A DNA stretch of 25,660 nucleotides. It comes from Amoebophrya sp. A120 (taxonomy: Eukaryota > Protista > Dinoflagellata). Both the position numbers and the translations under genes were made by a program. Under the pieces are notes generated by a model that searched no databases, was not told where the DNA came from, and saw only the letters and a program-made list of their open reading frames with translations. This document shows, in pieces, positions 21,201-25,660 of this stretch. Where the stretch lies: assembly GCA_905178155.1 (NCBI GenBank), contig CAJINV010000037.1:47274-72933 (forward strand), given 5' to 3'. Position 1 is the first letter of the stretch, and each line of letters begins with the position of its first letter.

Positions 21201-22780
21201 CATTCGATGTCCCGTTCGCCGTACTGGTTGCATTCGTCTGGTTCGCCATATCGTCTTCCTCTAGCGTCCTTCGCAACAGTGCTCGCAGTTGAGCAGAATG
21301 GTTTGCATGAGTTGCATTAGTTCCGTTTGTACTATTGAAGGAGTTCGTTCCATTCGTGTCGTTCGTACCGAACAAATCGCCGTCGTCTGCGACAGAAGTT
21401 ACTGTGAGGAAAAATCTCCCGTCCCAAAATCGAAAAAGACGAGCTTTGCGATGCTGATTTGTGACCACCAATCAGCTGTGTCTTGCGAACAAGGCAAAGG
21501 GCACCCATGTGGCGCATTGTACAGCCAGTCTGTCATGCGTTTCCTCCTATGTCTAACTTGTTTCTCATGCTCAGCTGCTAGCCGCATGCGTACCCAAATG
21601 GGCTTAGAAAATGCCGACAAGCTCTTGCTGCAACACAAAGCTCATTTGTGTACACAAATCCAGCAACACAAATTGGCTTTTAAGTACGGAGTGGGAGCTT
21701 ATTTCACTTTGATAGAAGTGCTATCTTCACTTCTATTCGCCATCGTCCGATTCCACTGCAACCAAGCTGGGTTCCACTCGTACACATTTACATCCACCTG
21801 CCTACCATATCGTATTGAAAAACGTCCCACCCGTAGTTGTAATGCAACTCTGCATGCTGAAAATGCTTCTCATGCGGAGCCCCGTGCTAAGCAGAATACT
21901 CTAATGCCATTTTACAATTTGTCATGCTCCAACCAGCATCATGCGCTAGACCTGTGATGCTGCTGAACTACCTCCCGACACAGCACTCCACTACGCGTCC
22001 ACATTTGTCATGCAAAACAGCCAAAGCTTGTGGATTCGTCTAGCCGATTCCCCATCTTGACTATGGGGTGGGGACGTTTTTACATAAGATATACCAGAGC
22101 CAAACCCCAAGTCAATCAAATCATTCGCGTAGTCCCAACAAACTTCAAACACATTCCCGAATTCCATCAAATCTTTACACGGTTTTATCCCGTACATCTG
22201 CTCCAAGTCTCGAATACAAAACCTGTTTTCGTTCGTCCCTACCGGTACTGGCGACGGAGTTTGCGCGGGCCTGGTGGTGTTGCAGTAGTGGTTATCCCAG
22301 ACTTTGTCGATGAGAACTGCTGTCGCCGGGTACTGGTAAATCGGGTCGGAAAAGACGTCTTTGTTCAAACTGATGTCGATTGTAGTCGTTCTGTAGTCCT
22401 ATCAATTGCAAAAGTGTCTGGGTATGGAAGAGTCATGCTGTTTTTGCATGACGCAGAAGGTCTGGCATGGAAGCTCTAGCATTACAGGTTTCGAGAAGCT
22501 TCCGCAATGCCGAATCCGCATGGCAAATCCCCCACTTTGGTGACAGAAAACGGGCAGCTTTTGCTACCCATGCATGAGAGATTTTTCTGCGTTCTGAAAT
22601 GCCCATCACAAGTTTGTACTCTTCCAGACCCAGACATTTTTGCATTTGATAAGTCCGCTGCTTGTACGAATTCATACGGCGGGGGTTTGCTGTGCTCGTA
22701 ATAGAGGGAAGAAGCGGACTCTGCGGTTTGTTGATTCGCGGTGGAGGTGCAGGGGAAGGGGGATTCGGGGGGGACGGCGG
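218..22780 (-). CDS. Giant (>=5,600 aa, partial) Cys-rich, probably secreted/surface modular protein with 2 YHYH-like domains and 6 somatomedin-B-like motifs; 25 exons separated by TIR/DR non-canonical introns
   Basis: Exons in + coordinates, splice point ambiguous within each 5-bp DR: 22657-22780, 22097-22399, 21720-21807, 20447-21399, 19683-20172, 18714-19357, 17682-18558, 15273-17439, 14940-15015, 14083-14673, 13265-13891, 12769-12994, 12314-12554, 11704-12055, 10317-11553, 9176-10160, 8478-8907, 7545-8313, 7127-7287, 5710-6858, 4173-5452, 2413-3946, 2150-2198, 771-1999, 218-503. The frame runs on to a TGA at 194-196, probably inside another element. Joined length to that TGA is 16,892 nt (2 + 5,630 codons) with no internal stop. 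Junctions rebuild conserved motifs: CSGP|CWKDNLVRGFKPC, VDECL|GHADDYCRYHVH, YGYVVTEGE|YPHVPPFFK. No start codon or signal peptide is seen in the window. Confidence 0.9.
504..765. mobile_element. TIR introner/MITE family A (orientation 1), non-canonical intron
   Basis: 262 bp; TATCAACTGCAAAAATGTCTGGGTCCGGAAG...CTTCCAGACCCAGACACTTTTGCATTTGATA; DR TCTGT 499-503/766-770; junction HSAQ|TVNS. Confidence 0.92.
2000..2144. mobile_element. TIR introner/MITE family B, non-canonical intron
   Basis: 145 bp; TATGAACTGCAAAAGTATCGTACTCGTAT...ATACGAGTACGATACTTTTGCACAGGATA; DR GCAGG 1995-1999/2145-2149; junction GSAP|ANDT. Confidence 0.92.
2199..2407. mobile_element. TIR introner/MITE family C (orientation 1), non-canonical intron
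   Basis: 209 bp; TATCGCAAGAAAAAACTGTTTCACTGTG...CACAGTGAAACAGTTTTTTCGTGGGATA; DR AGGTT 2194-2198/2408-2412; junction KLAT|YEQR. Confidence 0.9.
3595..3720 (-). other. Mucin-like Thr/Ser tract within the CDS
   Basis: Translates TTTSTTTTTSTSTTSSTTTSTITTTITSTSTVTSTSTTTTTP with varied codons. Confidence 0.8.
3947..4167. mobile_element. TIR introner/MITE family D (orientation 1), intron
   Basis: 221 bp; TATGAAAGTGCACAACCCCCTCCC...GGGAGGGGGAGTTGTGCACTCTCATA; DR CAACC 3942-3946/4168-4172; junction QVGL|SQVN; a GT-AG register is possible here. Confidence 0.9.
5453..5704. mobile_element. TIR introner/MITE family A (orientation 1), non-canonical intron
   Basis: 252 bp; family-A TIRs; DR CCAAG 5448-5452/5705-5709; junction DCSL|VGQP. 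Confidence 0.92.
6859..7121. mobile_element. TIR introner/MITE family A (orientation 2), non-canonical intron
   Basis: 263 bp; interior is the reverse complement of 504-765 and 5453-5704; DR ACTCA 6854-6858/7122-7126; junction TEGE|YPHV. Confidence 0.92.
7288..7539. mobile_element. TIR introner/MITE family A, subfamily A2, non-canonical intron
   Basis: 252 bp; family-A TIRs, interior shared with 12056 and 15016; DR GAAAC 7283-7287/7540-7544; junction LATV|SCYQ. Confidence 0.92.
8314..8472. mobile_element. TIR introner/MITE family B, non-canonical intron
   Basis: 159 bp; left end is TGT instead of TAT; DR CGGAA 8309-8313/8473-8477; junction GPTS|VLPN. Confidence 0.9.
8908..9170. mobile_element. 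TIR introner/MITE family A (orientation 2), non-canonical intron
   Basis: 263 bp; DR AAAGT 8903-8907/9171-9175; junction GVNF|LQKT. Confidence 0.92.
10161..10311. mobile_element. TIR introner/MITE family E, non-canonical intron
   Basis: 151 bp; imperfect TIRs TATGCAATACAAATTTCCCGCACATGTACAA...TTGTACGTGTACAGGAAATTTACTGTGGATA; DR GTTGT 10156-10160/10312-10316; junction NTT|TTQAD. Confidence 0.87.
11554..11698. mobile_element. TIR introner/MITE family B, non-canonical intron
   Basis: 145 bp, highly similar to 2000-2144; DR AGGAC 11549-11553/11699-11703; junction ASES|CSFD. Confidence 0.92.
12056..12308. mobile_element. TIR introner/MITE family A, subfamily A2, non-canonical intron
   Basis: 253 bp; the only imperfect DR: GGTGC 12051-12055 vs AGTGC 12309-12313; junction SNST|AIDE. 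Confidence 0.9.
12555..12763. mobile_element. TIR introner/MITE family C (orientation 2), non-canonical intron
   Basis: 209 bp; its reverse complement aligns colinearly with 2199-2407; DR GCAAC 12550-12554/12764-12768; junction NIGV|AGNN. Confidence 0.88.
12995..13259. mobile_element. TIR introner/MITE family A (orientation 2), non-canonical intron
   Basis: 265 bp; DR AGGGA 12990-12994/13260-13264; junction CSGP|CWKD. Confidence 0.92.
13892..14077. mobile_element. TIR introner/MITE family D (orientation 2), non-canonical intron
   Basis: 186 bp; reverse-complement homologue of 3947-4167; DR TCTGC 13887-13891/14078-14082; junction CKWQ|KHVQ. Confidence 0.9.
14674..14934. mobile_element. TIR introner/MITE family A (orientation 2, divergent interior), non-canonical intron
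   Basis: 261 bp; DR CGTTG 14669-14673/14935-14939; junction GANN|ATGQ. Confidence 0.92.
15016..15267. mobile_element. TIR introner/MITE family A, subfamily A2, non-canonical intron
   Basis: 252 bp; DR ATTCG 15011-15015/15268-15272; junction FQTN|HSME. Confidence 0.92.
17440..17676. mobile_element. TIR introner/MITE family G, non-canonical intron
   Basis: 237 bp; TATGGCGTTCTCAACTGTTACATTCT...AGAATGTAACATTTGAGAACGCCATA with a duplicated TGTTACA subterminal motif; DR CCCGT 17435-17439/17677-17681; junction GTGT|GYDE. Confidence 0.92.
18559..18708. mobile_element. TIR introner/MITE family B, non-canonical intron
   Basis: 150 bp; DR CCAAG 18554-18558/18709-18713; junction DECL|GHAD. Confidence 0.92.
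19358..19677. mobile_element. TIR introner/MITE family H, non-canonical intron
   Basis: 320 bp; TATCAAAAGGAAAAATCCCCCCTCCCCATATC...GATATGGGGAGGGGGGATTTCTCCTTTTGATA; DR TGACA 19353-19357/19678-19682; junction IAGC|QWAD. Confidence 0.92.
20173..20441. mobile_element. TIR introner/MITE family A (orientation 1), intron
   Basis: 269 bp; DR AGACC 20168-20172/20442-20446; junction TNAV|SCMP; a GT-AG register is possible here. Confidence 0.92.
21400..21714. mobile_element. TIR introner/MITE family H (degenerate TIRs), non-canonical intron
   Basis: 315 bp; interior homologous to 19358-19677; left end TAC; DR GAAGT 21395-21399/21715-21719; junction EDST|SVAD. Confidence 0.85.
21808..22091. mobile_element. 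TIR introner/MITE family I, non-canonical intron
   Basis: 284 bp; TATCGTATTGAAAAACGTCCCACCC...GGGTGGGGACGTTTTTACATAAGATA; DR TACCA 21803-21807/22092-22096; junction FGSG|RQVD. Confidence 0.88.
22400..22651. mobile_element. TIR introner/MITE family A (orientation 2, interior like 14674), non-canonical intron
   Basis: 252 bp; DR AGTCC 22395-22399/22652-22656; junction QAAD|YRTT. Confidence 0.9.
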
Positions 22781-22960
22781 TATGAAATGCTCAAACGTTA
22801 CAATCTCAAACGTTACAATAGAATCTGGATTTTGTGTTGCATGATGAGCATGATGAGCATGACAGACTCGCACAGCGCTCCACATTTTGCAATACAAATT
22901 TCGCCAGATTGTAGTGGTGTTTGGGGTTCCGGAATTACTATTGAAACTGCAGCAACTAGC
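22781..22960. mobile_element. Unpaired family-G-like terminus (3' end of a long intron or large element)
   Basis: TATGAAATGCTCAAACGTTACAATCTCAAACGTTACA resembles the 17440 terminus. The expected DR is GGCGG (22776-22780); no partner terminus was found up to 25660. Confidence 0.6.
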
Positions 22961-22981
22961 CAAAATTGGCATTCCTACCCT

Positions 22982-23271
22982 GGTTCCAGGGTAGGTTCCA
23001 GGGTAGGTTCCGGGGTAGGTAACACGAGGGGACAGTGGATTTAAGAAGGGGGGGGTACAGCCTACCCAGGAACCGACCCAGGAACCGACTCAACCCGACT
23101 CCTCAACCGACCGATACAGCTCGGGGAAAAAAACAAACACGAGCTGTGGAGTCGGGTGAAGAGTCGGGTAAAAGTCGGGTCCAGGGTAGGTTTTGAGTCG
23201 GGTAAAGTCGGGTAAATAGCTCGGGAAAGGCAAAGTGACCTTACCCGACTCGACCCGACTCTACCCGACTC
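22982..23271. repeat. Short 10-12-bp repeat arrays in alternating orientation
   Basis: GGTTCC(A/G)GGGTA x3 at 22982-23017 with inverted (T/G)ACCCAGGAACC x2 at 23063-23086; AGTCGGGT x5 at ~23150-23213 with inverted (T/G)ACCCGACTC x3 at 23242-23271. Confidence 0.85.
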
Positions 23272-23283
23272 CAGCCGATGCGA

Positions 23284-23535
23284 TATCCTTGGCCGATAGG
23301 TCTGGGTCTGGACGAGCCCAGGTCTGTCGTGCATATTTCGCCTGATCCACTATGATGCAGGCTACTTTGTCACGCATATTGTGCGCGATCCACTTTTTTA
23401 TGCATATTTTGCATGATCCACTTTGTCACGCATATTTTGCATGAGCCCAATTTTGTTTGTCATGCATATTTTGCATGAGCCGCCACAAATTAAAGCTGGA
23501 CGCCTCCAGACCCACACATATCGAAGCAGCTGATC
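23284..23535. mobile_element. Decayed family-A-like element with internal ~30-bp tandem repeats
   Basis: Core GTCTGGGTCTGG...CCAGACCCACAC is retained at ~252-bp overall size; interior TTTGTCACGCATATTTTGCATGA-type repeats; no matching 5-bp DR. Confidence 0.6.
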
Positions 23536-23569
23536 ACCAAATGCAAAGGCGACGACAAAACGCAAAACA

Positions 23570-25660
23570 ATGGGCGCAGCAAGGCGGCGCCCGGTTTCTC
23601 GCGGGGATTGGCATGGGGACACGAAGGGAGCAAAACCACGCCAAAAAGCTGCGCGGCCGGCTTTTCGGACGGAAGCAAGCGAAGCCGGCGCTCATTTTTC
23701 CACGCTTTTCCGCATGGGGGGACGAAACAAAACCGCGCCAGAAAGCTTTGCCGCTTGCTTTCATTCCAGCAGCTAGCGAAGCCGGCGCCGGGTTTTTGCC
23801 GCTTTCCCGCATGTGAGCACGGAGCAAAACCACGCCGAAAAGCCTCGCGCCTGTCTTTTTGAAAGCAAGCGAACCCGGCGCCCATTTTTTCACGCTTTTC
23901 CGCATGGGGACACGGAGCAAAGCCGCGCCGGAAAGCTTTGCCGCTGGCCTTCTAGCAGCTAGCGAATGAAGCCGGCGCCAGGTTTTTGCCGCTTTCCCGC
24001 ATGGGGGCACGGAGCAAAGCCACGCCAAAAAGCTTCGCGCGTGGCTTTTTGGAAGCAAGCGAAGCCGACGCCCATGCTTTGGCGCTTTTCCGCATGGGGC
24101 ACCACACCAGAAAGCTTTGCGGCTGGCTTTCTACCAGCTAGCGAAGCCGCCGCCAGAATTTTGCCGCCTTCCCGCATGGGGGCACGGAGCAAAACCACAC
24201 CACAAAGCGCCGCGGCTGGCTTTTTGGATGAGCGAAGCAAGCGAAGCCGGCGCCCATTTTGCCACGCTTTGCCGCATGGGGCCACGGAGCAAAGCCGCGC
24301 CAAAAAGCGTGGGGCCTCGCTCCCGGCTGGCTTTGTGAAAACAAGCGAAGCCGGCGCCCATTTTTTGGCGCTTTCCGCACGGGGAACGAAGAAAAACCGC
24401 GCCGAGAAGCTTTGCGCTTAGATTTCTAGCAACTGGCGAAACCGGCGCCAGGCTTTTACCACTTTCCCGCATGGGGGCACGGGGCAAAACCACGCCAAAA
24501 GGCTTCGCGGCCGGTTTTTGGTAGCAAGCGAAGCCGGCGCCCATTTTTTCACGCTTTACCGCATGGAGGCGCGGGGCATAACCGCGCAAAAAAGCGCTGC
24601 GGTTGGCTTACTAGCAGCTAGCGAAGCCGGCGCCAGGTTTTTGCCGCTGACCCGCATGGGGGCACGGAGCAAAACCACGCCAAAAAGCTTCCCGGCTGGC
24701 TTTTTGAAAGCAAGCGAAACTGCCGCCCATTTTATGGCGCTTTTCCGCATGGGGGCACGGAACAAAACCGCGCCGCACGGCCTTGCGGTCGGCCTTCTAG
24801 CAGCTAGCAAAAACGGCGCCAGGTTTTTGCCGCTTTCCCGCATGGGGGCACGGAGCGGAACAACGCCAAAAAGCGTCGCGGCGGGCTGGCTTTTTGGAAG
24901 CAAGCGAAGCCGGCGGCTACCTTTTCCCGCCCTTTGTTTTCTGCATGGGGGACTTTATTTTTGTAAACAGCCTTTTGCCGCTTTGTTTTCCGCATGGGGG
25001 CACGGGGCAAAGCCGCGCGAAAAAGCTTTGCGGTTGGACTTTCAGCAGCTAGCGAAACCGGCGCCAGGTTTTTGACGCTTTCCCGCATGGGAGCACGGAG
25101 CAAAACCACGCTGAAAAGCCTCCCGGTTCACTTTTTGGAAGCAGGCGAAGCCTGCCGACGCCCATTTTTTGGCGCTTTTCCGCATGGGGGCAGGGAGAAA
25201 AACCGCGCCGAAAAGCTTTGCGGGTGGCTTTCTAGCAGCTAGCGAAACCGGCGCCAGGTTTTTGCCGCTTCCTTTCCCGCATGGAGGCACGGGGCAAAAC
25301 CACGCCGAAAAGCCTCGCGGCAGGCTTCTTGGAAGCAAGCGAAGCCGGCGCCCATTTTTTTACGCTTTGCGGCATGGGGGCACGCAGCAAAACCGCGCAA
25401 GACAGCAGGCCGGCTATCATCTAGCAGCTAGCGAAACCGGCGACAGGTTTTTGCCGCTTCCCATATTTCATTGGGCGCAGGTGGTGCCCGGAATTTTCGC
25501 GCAAGCCGGCATGGGGACACAGAGCAATCAAAGCCGCGGCCAGAGGCTTCCCGGAGTAAATCCACCGGGCGAAGGTGGTGGGCGGTTTGTTTCTCGCGCA
25601 AATTGGCACGGGGGCACGAAGCAAAGCCGGGGCCGGAAGCTTTCCAGAAAAGGGCGAAGG
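23570..25660. repeat. GC-rich tandem satellite, ~93-bp monomer arranged as a ~186-bp A/B dimer
   Basis: CCGCATG or close variants recur at 23710, 23807, 23900, 23997, 24090, 24172, 24272, 24375, 24467, 24559, 24652, 24745, 24838, 24990, 25083, 25180, 25277. Monomers alternate between CTAGCAGCTAGCGAAGCCGGCGCCAGGTTTTTG and GGAAGCAAGCGAAGCCGGCGCCCATTTTT. Confidence 0.92.

Noticed and set aside
898-22479. Plus-strand ORFs of 60-220 aa, including poly-Val 3409-3723
   Set aside because: They are antisense shadows of the minus-strand exons with no independent coding signal.
504-22651. CRISPR-like repeat/spacer array or REP elements
   Set aside because: The repeats are inverted pairs bounding 145-320-bp elements, separated by variable kilobase-scale coding exons. 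No cas genes are present.
504-22651. Conventional GT-AG introns or stop-codon readthrough as the explanation for ORF breaks
   Set aside because: Only 2 of 24 elements allow GT-AG within the DR register, and 18 shift the frame, which readthrough cannot fix. Exons contain no in-frame TAA, TAG or TGA.
218-22780. Pseudogene destroyed by MITE insertions, or many separate genes
   Set aside because: About 16.9 kb of exon sequence has no stop or frameshift once elements plus one DR are removed, and motifs continue across junctions.
22433-22972. Pro-rich 179-aa ORF as the gene's first exon
   Set aside because: That frame hits a stop right after splicing at 22400-22656. The frame that joins correctly reads AVPPESPFPCTST, and the ORF's ends lie in element sequence.
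23398-25624. Overlapping ORFs with repeated RAPMRESGKNLAP peptides
   Set aside because: These are by-products of a GC-rich 93/186-bp satellite. They are open in several frames on both strands and broken by indels.

Overview
Eukaryotic genomic DNA in the standard genetic code. Bases ~218-22780 are the interior of one giant minus-strand gene encoding a >=5,600-aa Cys-rich, N-glycosylation-rich modular protein. It has two YHYH-like domains, six somatomedin-B-like motifs and several other repeated Cys modules; both ends probably lie outside the window. The gene is cut into 25 exons by 24 complete miniature inverted-repeat elements (145-320 bp, about 8 sequence families). Each has TAT...ATA-type termini (two are variant), 20-30-bp terminal inverted repeats (TIRs) and a 5-bp flanking direct repeat (DR). 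I translated every junction by hand. Removing each element plus exactly one DR copy restores a single uninterrupted reading frame at all 24 sites, and 18 of the 24 excised lengths are not multiples of 3. Only 2 of 24 can be given GT-AG ends, and three families occur in both orientations. These therefore behave as transposon-derived non-canonical introns, closely resembling the IR/DR introner elements described in the parasitic dinoflagellate Amoebophrya (the organism is inferred, not shown). The right end (22781-25660) is non-coding. It holds an unpaired element terminus, short inverted repeat arrays, a decayed element and a ~93/186-bp satellite.
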